From an uncultured Acidobacteriota bacterium (GTDB taxonomy: Bacteria; Acidobacteriota; Thermoanaerobaculia; UBA5066; DATFVB01): a stretch of 64,000 nt of DNA. Made by a program: the position numbers and the translations under genes. The DNA is taken from assembly GCA_963813155.1 (NCBI GenBank), contig CAWEYG010000003.1, positions 982,372-1,046,371 of the forward strand. Reading direction: 5' to 3'. Within the stretch, counting starts at the first letter, position 1; each line of letters begins with the position of its first letter. Below are positions 40,600 to 52,013 of the stretch, piece after piece. Under the pieces are notes generated by a model. That model ran no database searches, had not been told where the DNA came from, and saw only the letters and a list, made by a program, of their open reading frames with translations.

Positions 40600-40950
40600 T
40601 TACTTGGGTTCGACGGAGGTGTCGACGGGCTCGCTGCCGCCCTGCATGCCGGCGATCGCGCTGCGCGCGACCTTGATCTTCACCTGGTCCGAAATCTGGA
40701 GGATGACGGAGTTCGTCGATTCGTCGGTCGCCGCGATGCGGCCGTAGATGCCGCCGTTCGTGATGACCTGATCCCCCTTCTTCAGCTGCGCGAGCATCGC
40801 CTGCGTCTTCTTCTGGCGCTTGCGCATCGGGGCGATCAGGATGAAGTAGAAGATCGCAAAGATGAGGATCATCGGGAGGAACGCCATGAACGAATTCTGG
40901 GGCGTTCCCGGAGCCGGCGCCGCGGCGAGGAGCGTCGAAAAGTTGAACAT
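40600..40950 (-). CDS. yajC: Preprotein translocase subunit YajC
   Basis: IFYFILIAPMRKRQK, LKKGDQVITNGGIYG. Confidence 0.95.
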   Translation of the reverse strand: MFNFSTLLAAAPAPGTPQNSFMAFLPMILIFAIFYFILIAPMRKRQKKTQAMLAQLKKGDQVITNGGIYGRIAATDESTNSVILQISDQVKIKVARSAIAGMQGGSEPVDTSVEPK

Positions 40951-41043
40951 CCGCGCGATCATCTCGAATTGCCCGGCGCGTGTCAATCGAGCCGCCGACG
41001 GTTCCGCTTTGCGTTTTTCGGCGCGGGAGAGCAGACTTCCGGC

Positions 41044-41565
41044 ATGGACGACATCTACTCGGCGATCTGCCGCGAGGCTCTCGAGTCCCGCCAGCGCGAC
41101 GTGTCGTCGTTCGCCGAGACGGGATTGCGCACGATCTCGGAGCGCCTCGAGCACCGGCTCCTGAAGCTCGCGGAAGGCCACTACATGCTCGGCCTCGGCC
41201 CCTACAACGCGGGGCTCGTGAAGATGGACTTCGACGAGCTGCTGCTCGGGCGCGAAGTCCCCGAGTTCATCGGGATCGGAATGCCGGTCGGCGGCTTTCG
41301 CGTCTCCTCGCCGGAAGCGTTCCTGAACGTCGAGGTCTCGCGCATTCACGCGAAGATCTCGCGCCGCGGATCGCAGTCGGAACCGGTCTTCAAGCTCGTC
41401 GATCTGCGCTCGACCTGCGGAACGTACCTCAACGGCGAGGAGCTTCCGAAGCCGGACATCGAAGGCGCTTCCGAGGACGACTGCTCGCGCGAGCTGAAAT
41501 CGGGCGACTTCTTCTCGCTCGGGCCGTCCGCCGTGAACCTGTTCCTCTTTTTCCAGAAGGGGTAG
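41044..41565 (+). CDS. FHA domain protein
   Basis: LGR...VSRIHA...VDLRSTCGTYLNG. Confidence 0.8.
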   Translation: MDDIYSAICREALESRQRDVSSFAETGLRTISERLEHRLLKLAEGHYMLGLGPYNAGLVKMDFDELLLGREVPEFIGIGMPVGGFRVSSPEAFLNVEVSRIHAKISRRGSQSEPVFKLVDLRSTCGTYLNGEELPKPDIEGASEDDCSRELKSGDFFSLGPSAVNLFLFFQKG

Positions 41566-41571
41566 CCGCCC

Positions 41572-42093
41572 ATGTGGCATCTCGGAACTCCGATCCTCGA
41601 GATCGTCGCCCGGTGCGCGCTGGTCTACATCCTGGTTCTCGTCGGACTGCGCCTGTCCGGAAAGCGCGAAGTCGGACAGATGACGCCGTTCGACCTCGTT
41701 CTGATCCTGTTGATCGCAAACTCGGTTCAAAACGCGATGGTCGGACCCGACACTTCGCTCGAGGGCGGCCTGATCGCGGCGGGCGCGCTGCTCGTTCTGA
41801 ACTTCACCGTCGGGCGCGCCGCGCGGAAATGGCTGAAGTTCGGCCGCCTGCTGCGTGGGCACGGGACGCTTCTCGTGAACCGGGGAATCCTCATCGAGGA
41901 GCATCTCAAGGCGGAGGGAATCTCGACCGAGGATCTGATGGCGGCTCTGAGGGAACACGGCGTCGCGAGCATCGAGGATGTGCGGCTCGCCGTGCTCGAG
42001 GTCGACGGCTCGATCTCGGTTCTCAAGAACGACGACGTCACGCCCGCTTCGGGAAAATCCCATCGCCGGTTCCGATACCTGAAGCACGGATAG
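41572..42093 (+). CDS. DUF421 (YetF-like) membrane protein
   Basis: RLSGKREVGQMTPFDL, LREHG, AVLEVDGSISV. Confidence 0.9.
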   Translation: MWHLGTPILEIVARCALVYILVLVGLRLSGKREVGQMTPFDLVLILLIANSVQNAMVGPDTSLEGGLIAAGALLVLNFTVGRAARKWLKFGRLLRGHGTLLVNRGILIEEHLKAEGISTEDLMAALREHGVASIEDVRLAVLEVDGSISVLKNDDVTPASGKSHRRFRYLKHG

Positions 42094-42122
42094 CCCTCCG
42101 GAACCGGGCCCCGCGGAGCTCT

Positions 42123-44808
42123 TCAGACGTAGGGAAGCCGCCTCGCGAGCTGGTAGCTCGAGTCGTTCGTCACGTTGTCCACGACCGAGCCGTAGACGAG
42201 GGCCTGGCCGCCGATCAATTCGATCCGAATCGATCCGCCCGCCGGAATCGCGACCCCGGGTCCGAGGAAGTCCTGCAGGGAGTACTGCTGGAACTGTCCG
42301 GCCGGAATGGTCCGGAGTAGTGGACGCGAACCGATGACGCGGCCGTTCGGGTCGGAAACCGTCACCGCCAGCGTGGCCGCGCCGAACGTCCTCACGCCGA
42401 TGTTGACGCGCTGCTTCGACAGGTCCGGCGGAATGATCACGTCCGCATGGTCGCCGGCCTTGAGGACTTCCGCCGCGGTCGCCGCTTCCTCCGCCAGGCC
42501 GAGCCCTCCCCCGGCGCCGAGGTCGTTGAAGACGCGGGCAAGAGCAAGCGGCGGAGGGCCAACCGACGATACGACATCGAGCGTTCCGAGCCCCGTGAGC
42601 CCGAAAGCGGAAAGCAGATCGGCGAACGCCGCGGTCTGCCCCGGCGGGAGGGAGTACGCGATCGAGGGATCGCCGGAAGCCGCGGCCTGACCGGCGGGAT
42701 GGTAGACGAGCTTTCCGGAAACCGCCGCCGACGACGAATTGTGGATTTGAAAGGACGTCCGGAAATTCGCGCCGTTCGCTCCGGGGAGCGAACCCACGGC
42801 CGGGACGTACTCGATCGAGCCGTCCGCGACCGGGGCAAAAGCGAGGTTCCTCCCCGCTTCGAAGCTCGTGTCGTTGGTCTTGTTGTCCACCGCCACGCCG
42901 AACACGAAGGCGCTCCCCGCGGTGATCTTGATCGTGAGACTCTCGTTTCCGGAAAACGCGACTCCCGGCGCGAACTGCTGCGAGCTCTCCTGGTCGAGAA
43001 CGTTCGCCGGAAAAGTGCGGCTCAGCGTCGCGATCGCCGTTCCCGCGGCGTTCCGAATCGTGATCGAGAGGGAGGCGCCCTGGCCGAGGGGCCGCACGCC
43101 GATGTTGAAACGCTGCGCCGCGAGATCGGGAGGCGCGAGGAGCACCGCGGCATCTCCGGCCGAAAGGGCCGACGACTCCTTGGAAGCCTCCTCGGAGAAC
43201 CCGGAGGTTCCCGCCGCGCCGGAATCATTGAAGATCCGGGCGGTCACGACCGGGGCCTGGCCCGAGGAAGGCGCGATTTCGAGGCTGCCGAGCCCGGAAG
43301 CTCCAAAGGACGTCACGAGATCGGGGAACGTGGCCGTCGCCTCGCTGTTGAGCGAGTAGGCCACCGAGTGTCCGTCGGCGGGGTTCCCGGGCGCGTGGAA
43401 GATCAGCTGTCCGCTCGAACCGGAAAAACCCCCGTTGTGGATCTGCAGCGCCGTCCGGAAATTCGAGCCGTTGGCGCCCATCACGGCGCCGATGCCGGAC
43501 AGGTAGAGAGACTTCCCGACGAGCGAGCTCGTCGCGCCGAAGACTCCGAATGTCCCGAGCGAAGAGACGGGGGCGACGACCTCCGAGTTGATCGTGTCGA
43601 CGCGAGACCCGGCCACCGCCTGCCACGAACTCCCGACGAGGCGGTAGAGTTTGAGCGTCTCTTCGCGGACGACCGGGACGAGCTGGTAGTTCAGGAGCGA
43701 CGGGTCGTATTTGATTCGAAGGGTCGCCGGCTTCGAAAAGCCCGGCGCCGGCGTGAACGCGTAAATGGTGTTGAAGTCGAGATTCGGCAACGTTGCTCCG
43801 ACCGGCAGCGAATAAAGAGCAGCAACGTGGACCGAGGGAGAACCCGCGACGGCCTGCGGCGGCAGATCGAGGGAGATCCATCCTCCCAGAAACCACGCAA
43901 CCCCGCCTCCTCCGGGAAGGGTCGCATCATCCTCCACTTCCCCGGGCGCGATGAGGCTCGAGAGAAACGCGTCCCGCGTGTCGCCGCCCAGGACCCCGTT
44001 CAGAATCTTGCGGAACTGATACACCGAAGTCGTGTTCGGCACGCCCTGGTCGATGGCCCCGTGACCCGCCTGAAAGAGCGCGTCGAGCTGCTGCATCGCG
44101 GGCGGAAGGTCCGCGTACGAGAACCCGTTCAAGTGGCACAGCGACCAGATGAGCCTCCCCTGGCTCACGTCGTAAAGATGGGCGGCGCACGGATCGGTGA
44201 TCGGCGCCGCGCCGCCAATGCCGCTCACGTCGAACGACGCGGCCTTCACGACGTCTTCGTACGAGAAGTAGTGCCGCCCGAAGAAGACCGGGTGCGAGTA
44301 CTCGTGGACCGTCAGCAGGTGGTAGGAAACCTGCGCGACGTTGTCTGCCGTGAACGGCTCGAAGAAATCCGGGCGGTCCGCGTACCAGAAGCATCCGTAC
44401 GCCGTCGTCGAGGCCGCTGTACGACGGGTACACGCCGGAGTCTCCCGTGAACCCGGGCTGGTAGCTGCCGCACCACATGTCGTTCGCGATGTGCAGGTCC
44501 ATCGGGCTGAGCGAAGGGAGAATGTCGAGGCCGAAGAACTGGACCGTCAACTGGCGGGCCTGCGAAAAGCCGAAGTGAAACCCCGCGATCACGTTCGGAT
44601 CGACGGGACACGGCTCCGGACAAATGATCCGGAACGTATCGCCCGGGTTCTGGTAGGCCCGGTATTGCGCCGACGGCGTCGTGTGCCCGAACCAGTCGCC
44701 CTTGATCGTGACGACCGACGACGAGACGGGAGGGTAAGTCGCCGCGAAGGCGGCGGACCCGCAGATCAAGGAAGCGAAGAGAGCGGTGCCGACGGCTCGA
44801 TTTCTCAT
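42123..44808 (-). CDS. Secreted protein with HExxH metallopeptidase-like N-domain and two tandem C-terminal beta-sandwich domains; frameshift near 44400
   Basis: Signal peptide MRNRAVG...; HEYSH at 44292-44306 (manual translation); duplicated GANG.NFRT..QIHN...DN.TND domains. Confidence 0.7.
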
Positions 44809-44879
44809 GACAGAGATCTTAGAGGCGGATGCACGGTCCATGCCTGTTCCGGGGCAGGCGCTCGAAATCCAGCGGCCTG

Positions 44880-45827
44880 CTAGGCCTTCGATGAGCCCCC
44901 GCCGGCCTCGACGTCGAGCCCGGCGATCTGCTGGACGATCCTGGCCGGAGCCGCGGCGGCGTTGTCCATGAAGACGACCTTGCCCTGCCCGTGCTCGGCG
45001 ACATACTTCAACGCGTCGGTGTATTCGAGAAAAAGCAGAAAATCCGAATCGACGCCCGCCGCCTTCAGATGCTCCGCCGCTTCCTTCATTCCGTCGGCCA
45101 CGTTCTTGCGAAAGAGCGCGAGGCCTTCGCCCCGCAGCGCCGCCGCGGTCTTCTCCGCCTCCGCGCCGATCGTCTTGTAAGCGGCCTCGGCCTGGGCGTC
45201 TTTCGTCCGCTTGACGAGCAGGGCGTTTCCCTCGTTCTCGGCCGCGGCCAGCAGGTTCTTGGACGACACGACGCGAGCCATCGATTCCATGATTTCCTGG
45301 TCGAATGTGATGTCGGTGATCTGGATGTCCCGGACGACGTAGCCCCACGACGAAACGACTTCGTCGAGATTCTTCTTCGTGTGATCGACGATCTCAGCCC
45401 TCATGCCGAGGATGTCGGACTGCTTCGTGCCGGCGACGAACTGGCGGACCGACCCGTCGATCGTGCGCTGCAGCGCCAATTGAAACTCCTGGGGCGAAGC
45501 GAAACTGAAGATGGCCTTCTTGATCGTCTCTTCCATCGAATTGCCCACGGCGTAAAGGATCATCGTCGAAAACTTCACGTTGGCCTGGTCTTGAGTGATG
45601 GCCTGAAACTCCATCTGCAGCGCGCGATTCTGCAGGGAGAGCCGGTCGAAGACGTGTTCCCAAGGCATCCTCAGGTTTAGCCCTTCCCGCATGATCCGGC
45701 GGTACTTCCCAAACACGGTCACGACGGCGACCGTCGATTGTCCGATGCTGCGCAGGTGCGAAAGAATGTAGATGAAAACGACGAGAATGACCGCTGCCAG
45801 GGCGAGAGTCTTCGGTTCCACGAGCAC
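44880..45827 (-). CDS. SPFH / Band 7 domain protein
   Basis: N-terminal TM, FGKY..GL..PW, AITQDQANV, ITDITFD, AAENEG. Confidence 0.9.
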   Translation of the reverse strand: MLVEPKTLALAAVILVVFIYILSHLRSIGQSTVAVVTVFGKYRRIMREGLNLRMPWEHVFDRLSLQNRALQMEFQAITQDQANVKFSTMILYAVGNSMEETIKKAIFSFASPQEFQLALQRTIDGSVRQFVAGTKQSDILGMRAEIVDHTKKNLDEVVSSWGYVVRDIQITDITFDQEIMESMARVVSSKNLLAAAENEGNALLVKRTKDAQAEAAYKTIGAEAEKTAAALRGEGLALFRKNVADGMKEAAEHLKAAGVDSDFLLFLEYTDALKYVAEHGQGKVVFMDNAAAAPARIVQQIAGLDVEAGGGSSKA

Positions 45828-45939
45828 CTCCCATTTTTCCCGGTTTCGCGCGATCTTCAAACTCGTTCGGGTTGAAGTCAAGCCCTGGGAAATCCCGGGG
45901 CCCGAGGTCCGGCGATAGAATAGAAGTCTCGGAGGCTCG

Positions 45940-47898
45940 ATGCCCGAACGGAGCGTCACATTTCCCGGCCGCATCCTCTTCCTGACGGAAGATCCGGAGC
46001 TCATCCGCCGGCAGCTCCGGGGCGAAGATCTCGACTGGGACCCTTCGATGCCTCTTCGCGACGACATCTCGACCGACGAAATCACGCCCGGGTGGGTCTG
46101 CTACTACTTCGACGAGCGGCTGGGCGACTACCCCTATGTCGGCCTCACGTGCCGGGGGGAAAAGCCGATCGGGAAAGGGGACGTGAAGGCGGGAGGATTC
46201 TCCGTCTGCGTCTCGGGAAAGCGCCGGGGGAAGGGCTCTTCCCGCGAACAGTCGCCGTACGCGGAACGGTGCGCCGGGATCCGACTCGTGATCGCGGAGA
46301 ACATCGAGAGGATCTACCGCCAGAATTGCCAGAACCTCGGCGTGCTCGCCTCGACCGACTTCTCCCTGATCGACAGGATCCGACGGGGCGAGCCGATCCC
46401 GCTCTCGGAATTCTCAAAGGGGGCCGACGAGATCACGCGCGAGATCGTCGAGCGCGGCGGCCTCTACCCGTACAACGTGGCCCGGCTCGCGGGCGAGATC
46501 GTGCCCCCTTCGCCGCACGGAGGCGCTCGCCCCATGACGCTCGCGGAAAAAGTCCTCGCCCGGCACTTCGTCGCCGACGCGAAGACGGGCCGACTCGGCG
46601 TGGACACGGTCGCGCCGGGCGACGCCGGTTTCGTGCGGACGGACTACCGCTTCTCCCACGAATACGTGACGCCGATGGCGGCTTCGTTCTTCGAGGCGAA
46701 CCTCGGACCCGACGCGAAAGTGAGCGATCCATCCACGATCCTTTTTTTCCGGGACCACCTCACGTTCCTGAAATACGTGATGCCTCCGGACAGGGTCGCG
46801 GCGGGGCTCCTCGACGCCGCCGACGAACTCGCCGTCCGGCAGGCGGATTTCGCGAAGAGACAGGAAATTCGCCTGCACGGCGAGGTCCCGTCCGGCGGAT
46901 CGGAGGGGATCTGCCACTCCGTGATGTACCAGAACTACGCCCTGCCCGGCCAGGTCATCATCGGCTCGGACTCCCACACGCCCCACAGCGGGGCGCTCGG
47001 CTGCGTCGCCTTCGGGGTCGGCACCACGGACATCTTCAATTCGTGGATCACTCGGGATGTCCGCGTGAAAGTCCCGGAGTCGGTCAAAATCGAGATCCGC
47101 GGCGAAAAGCCGCCCGGCGTGACCGCGAAGGACTTCATGCTCGCGATCCTCGCCCATCCCTACGTCAAGGAAGGCAAGGCGATCGGCAAGATCCTCGAGT
47201 ACACCGGCGACGCGGTGCGCGGGCTCACCGTGGACGAGCGGGCGACGATGACGAACATGGCGGCCGAGGTCGGAGCCTTCACGGGGCTCGTGGCGCCCGA
47301 CGCGAAGACCGCCGACTTTCTCGTCGAGCACCGCGGCCTGTCGCGTGAAGCCGCCGAGCGGCTCTGCGACGGGCTCACGTCGGACCCCGGCGCCGAGTGG
47401 TCCGAGACGCTCGTGTTCGACGCGGCGGAGATCGAACCGATGGTCGCGCTTCCCGGCGACCCGGGCAACGGCAAAGCGCTCTCGGACCTCGGCCGCGTCG
47501 CGATCGAGATCGCTTACGGCGGCTCGTGCACGGCCGGAAAGCGGTCCGACATGGACATGTACGCGGCCGTGTGCCGGGACGCCGTCGCGAAAGGGAAGAA
47601 GGTCGCCGACGGGGTGACGTTCTGGATTCAGTTCGGCTCGCAGGACGTCAAACGGTACTGCGAGGCGAAGGGCTACCTCGACCTCTTCGCCCGGGCGGGC
47701 GCGAAGACGATCGACCCCTCGTGCGGGGCGTGCATCAACGCGGGCCCGGGCGTCTCGACGACGAAAGACCAGGTCACGGTCTCCGCGATCAACCGGAACT
47801 TCCCCGGCCGCTCGGGCCCGGGGCAGATGTACCTCGCGTCGCCTTACACGGTGGCCGCATCGGCCTTCGAGGGCCGAATCGCGGAGTGGAGACCGTAA
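45940..47898 (+). CDS. Aconitase/isopropylmalate isomerase family, small-subunit (swivel) domain fused N-terminally to large subunit
   Basis: DDISTDEITP, GSSREQ (LeuD-like), then DH, GICH, GSDSHT, GGSCT, CGAC, NRNFPGRSG, LASP (LeuC-like). Confidence 0.9.
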   Translation: MPERSVTFPGRILFLTEDPELIRRQLRGEDLDWDPSMPLRDDISTDEITPGWVCYYFDERLGDYPYVGLTCRGEKPIGKGDVKAGGFSVCVSGKRRGKGSSREQSPYAERCAGIRLVIAENIERIYRQNCQNLGVLASTDFSLIDRIRRGEPIPLSEFSKGADEITREIVERGGLYPYNVARLAGEIVPPSPHGGARPMTLAEKVLARHFVADAKTGRLGVDTVAPGDAGFVRTDYRFSHEYVTPMAASFFEANLGPDAKVSDPSTILFFRDHLTFLKYVMPPDRVAAGLLDAADELAVRQADFAKRQEIRLHGEVPSGGSEGICHSVMYQNYALPGQVIIGSDSHTPHSGALGCVAFGVGTTDIFNSWITRDVRVKVPESVKIEIRGEKPPGVTAKDFMLAILAHPYVKEGKAIGKILEYTGDAVRGLTVDERATMTNMAAEVGAFTGLVAPDAKTADFLVEHRGLSREAAERLCDGLTSDPGAEWSETLVFDAAEIEPMVALPGDPGNGKALSDLGRVAIEIAYGGSCTAGKRSDMDMYAAVCRDAVAKGKKVADGVTFWIQFGSQDVKRYCEAKGYLDLFARAGAKTIDPSCGACINAGPGVSTTKDQVTVSAINRNFPGRSGPGQMYLASPYTVAASAFEGRIAEWRP

Positions 47899-47917
47899 CC
47901 GTTCTTCATCCTTTGAT

Positions 47918-50900
47918 CTACAGTTCCCGGATCAAATAAAGCAGCGCCTGCCGCGTCAGCCCCAACTCGCGCGCCGCGTGCGTGCGGTTGCCGCGGGAAC
48001 GCGAGAGCGCCAACTCGATCAAGCGCCGGCGGTGGGCGTCGACCTGGGCCCGGTAGTCGCCCGTCGCCGAAACGGCCGTATCGGCCCGGAGAAACCCCGG
48101 AAGGCCGTCGAGATCGATCGTCGCGCCGGAGTCCGCGAGAGCGGCGGCCTCCATCACGGCATTCTCGAGCTGCCTCACGTTCCCGGGCCAGGCGAACGCC
48201 CGAATCGCCGCGGCCGCCCGCGAGCTCCATTTCAGCGAGCCTTTTCCGTACTCCGACCCGTATTTTTCCAGGAAGTGGCGGGCGAGAAGCGCCGAGTCGC
48301 CCCCGCGCTCGCGAAGCGGAGGCAGGGCGAGCGACGCGACCTTGAGCCGATAGTACAGGTCCTCGCGGAAGACGCCCCGCTCGACTTCCTTCTCCAGCTC
48401 TCTCGCAGTGGCGGAGACGAGACGGACGTCCACGGATCGGAAACGGTTCTCGCCGATCCGCTTGATCTCCCTCTCCTGCAACACGCGAAGGAGCTTCGCC
48501 TGGAGCGCCGGCGACAAATCGCCGATCTCGTCGAGGAAGAGCGTTCCCCGGTGAGCGGACTCGAAAAGGCCGGCGCGATCGCGGTCCGCGCCCGTGAACG
48601 CTCCCTTCGCGTGACCGAAGAGCTCGTCCTCCAGGAGGTGCTCGGGAAACGCGGCAACGTTCACCGCCACGAAAGGAAACGCCGCCCTCGGAGAGAGCTG
48701 GTGCACGGCTCGCGCGACACGTTCCTTCCCCGTGCCCGACTCACCGCTCACGAAAACGGTCACGTTCTGGGGGGCGATGCGCGACAGCCGGGTCGCCAGA
48801 GACTCCATCGATCGGTCCGCCGTCACCACCCCGAGAGAGGAAAAGATGTTCTTCCCGGCGTCGGGGGGCGGCCGGCGGAGAAAGGTCGGCTCGCCTCCAG
48901 AGCGTCTCGAAAACGAATGCGGTCGTGTCGGCATCGGAGCCTTCCCCTTCGAGGACCACATCCTCGCCGCTCCACTCCAGACGCCGGCTCCAGGTGGAAC
49001 AGTGAAACGCCGGAGACTTCCAGAGGACGGTTCCCTCCGAATCGACCAGGCGAAGCGGCAGACCGTGCTCCTGGAGCTTTCGCCGAAGCTGTCGGAGCGA
49101 TTCGGTGTGCCGCCCCTCGAGCGCGCGGGAGAAGATCCGCTCCACGAATTCCTGGCGGCCGCGGCGGACGAGGCTCTCGCGCGCGAGCGCGCAGGCTTCG
49201 GGCCACGACTTTTCGAACTCCTCCCCGAAGAATGCGCGAGCCCGCGCGACGCGCTCGGAGCAGGCCGCGGGATCCTCCTCGAAGCCCTTCGCGACCTCCT
49301 CCGGGCCGAACGCCGACTCCGGCCCTGCGGCCGCGTGCCATCGCTCGAGGTCCGCAACGCGCCGCTGCGCGGCTTCCCGGCTGTCGCTGCGGTCCGCGGG
49401 CCGGGACGCCGCGAGCCTCGCCGCTCCCAGCGCTCCGGCGCGATCGCCGAAAAAGAGATCTCCGTCGGAGGCTTCGATTTCGAGCTCGGCGCGCTCCACG
49501 CGGTCTCCGAGCCGTTCGCACAACGCGAGTGCCTCCGCGCGGTCGCGGGCAGCCGCCGAAAGGCGCCCCTGCCGGAGAGACAGCCTCGCACGGTAGGCGA
49601 GCCCGACCATCGTTCCGACGGGATCCTCGGCCCGCTCCGAGTCGGCGAGAAGAGCGTCGACGATCGGCCGCGCGGCTTCGTCCCGGTCGTGGAGAATCAG
49701 CATGTGCGCGAGATTGCCCGCGGCGTTGCGACGCCGAGCAACGCTGCCCGACTCTTCGAAACACGCGAGCGCTTCGCGAAAATAGGACTCCGCGGCCGAT
49801 GAGTCGCCGAGAAATTCGGTCGAGATCGCGAGATCGGTGAGCGCGATCCCCCGCCGCTCCGGATGCGCGCCGGCGAGCTGGAGGGCTTCGGTGAATCGCG
49901 CCGCGGCCGCGCGGTGCTCGCGCCGGTCGGACAGGAGCATCCCTTCGCGAAGCAGCAGGCGGCCCTCCAGGTCCTCGTCCGGGAACGCCTCGATCCCGGA
50001 TCGGATCTCCGCGTAGATCGCGGCCTCTTCCTCGAAAAGGCCCCGGCGCGACGCGAGGTCTGCCTCGCCGAGCCGAACTTCGATCTCCTCCCGGCGGTCT
50101 CCCGCCGCGCATTCGGAGCCGGATCGCAGCATCTCTCCCGACCGTTCCCAATCGCCCCGGAAGAGCGCGAGACGGGCAAGCGCCCGGAGCGCGCGAGACC
50201 GGGCGAGCGCGGGGCTGCCGGGCTCCCTCGCCAGATCGGAAAAGAGGCGATCCGCCTTCTCGCGTTCTCCGGCCGCTTCCCGGGACAGCGCGACCCGGAA
50301 TCGAGCCTCCCGTCTCCACGTCGGAGAAGCGGCCGAATCCGCCGCGGCGGCGTCCACCAGGCCGCGCGCGTCCGCTTCCGTCCCGATCTCCGAGAGGCGG
50401 CTCGCCTCGTGCAGAAGCGCGGCCGCGGGAGCGGCAGTTCCGGCGGCGCCGACCCAGGCGCGCGCGAGAGCGTCGAGGTCGCGCGGCCGCACGAGCGCCG
50501 GCGACTCGCCGAAGATCTTCTCTGCCTCGCTGGAAGCGACGTCGGGACGACCGCAGGCGAGGGCGATCTGCACGCGGAGAACGGGGTCCTCCGCCGACGC
50601 GAGCCACGACTCGCCGAAGGCGCGCGTCTCCTCGGGAGAGAACGCCGACAGAAGATCCGCTTTCGCCGAACGGTCTGCCGCACGCCACTCCCCCGAAACG
50701 GGGTCTTCGAAAAGCCAGCCCTCCGCCGCGAGCTCCACGGCCGCCGGGTCGAGAAAGGCGCCTCCGGCGAGCCGTTCGACCTCGGCCGAGGAAGGGTCGC
50801 CGGGATGGCAGAGAAACAGACCGATCGCGCGCCTCTCCGGCCGGGTCAGGACGGCGATCGCCCTCGAGGCCTCCTCGGGCTCCGACTCCCAGAGCGAGGA

Positions 50901-52001
50901 AGGCAACGACCCCGACTTCAGAAACGCGCCGAAATCGGGCGACATCACGAAACGGGAAAGGCTTCGCCGCAGCGCGCGCGGATTGCGCTCGACGACCGAG
51001 TGGAGCGCTTCGTACAGTCCGACCGACGACGAAAGGTCGGGAGAGGGAATCCAGGCCGCGTCGCGGATCTCATCGGGACGAAGAGGCCCGGGCATCTCGA
51101 TCTCGACGACGTCGATACCGGCGCGGCCGGCCACTCGGTCGAAGAGCCGAATCGAATCGTCGTCCCACGCGTCCCGTTCGAGGCGAATCCAATCGCTGTC
51201 GGATTCCGCGCATTCGGCAAGACGCTCCTCCAGTACCGATCGCATCCTCTCGCCGCGGCCGCCCTCTCCGAGAGAGGCTCGGAGCGCGTCGCCGGACAGC
51301 AGCGCGCTCGCGCCCGGGGAGAAGATCCTCGGCCGGCGGCCCGCGAGCTTCAATTTCGCGCAGAGGGCTCGCGCCCGATGCCGGCGTTCCCGGTCGTCGA
51401 ATCCGGCGGGCACGAAGCCGAAGCACCGCTTCCGAACGGAGGCAAAGGCCGGCTCGCCGAGAAACGGAAACACGCGAAAGATCTCGCTTGCGCAGGTCTC
51501 CGCGCGCACCGGCCGGGACATCCTGTTCAGGTACGAATCCAGGAGACGGCCTGGCGCTTTCGGCCCGAAGAAAAACGGAATGAGACCGGCGAGCAGGGCC
51601 GGAACCGGTTCGGCCGCAAGCGGCTCGCGGAGGGCGGCCCGCGGGGTCCTCGTGAGCCAGAGGTGCGGGGCCCCGTTCCAGATTTCGACGCGGGAATCCT
51701 CGAAGTCCGAGAGCTCGAGCGGGAATCCGCGCGTCCCGAGAAAAAGGAGAGCCGACGCGGCCTGGACGAAGAGCGCGGCCGCGGTTTCGCGCGACGGCCG
51801 AACCTTCGAGACGGGAGTTCCCTCGCGGCGGCGGAGACGCAGCGTGAGGGAGCTTCGCGAGACGTCCAGGTCGAGGAACGTCGGAAAAATGGGGTGCTCG
51901 ATCGGGAGGAATCCTCCCAGACGTTCCCGGGCCGAGGGCGAATCTCCCACGGTTTCCGCGGACGCGTCTTCCCACTCCGACTCGGTTTCCGGCAAGGCCA
52001 T
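47918..52001 (-). CDS. Very large sigma54-dependent activator (degenerate kinase-like N-terminus, TPR region, AAA+ and Fis-HTH); frameshift near 48870
   Basis: GESGTGKE, GAFTGA, LFLDEIG, FREDLYYRL, WPGNVRQLEN, HTH; upstream ~1050 aa helical/TPR region. Confidence 0.85.
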
Positions 52002-52013
52002 GGTGTTTTTCTT

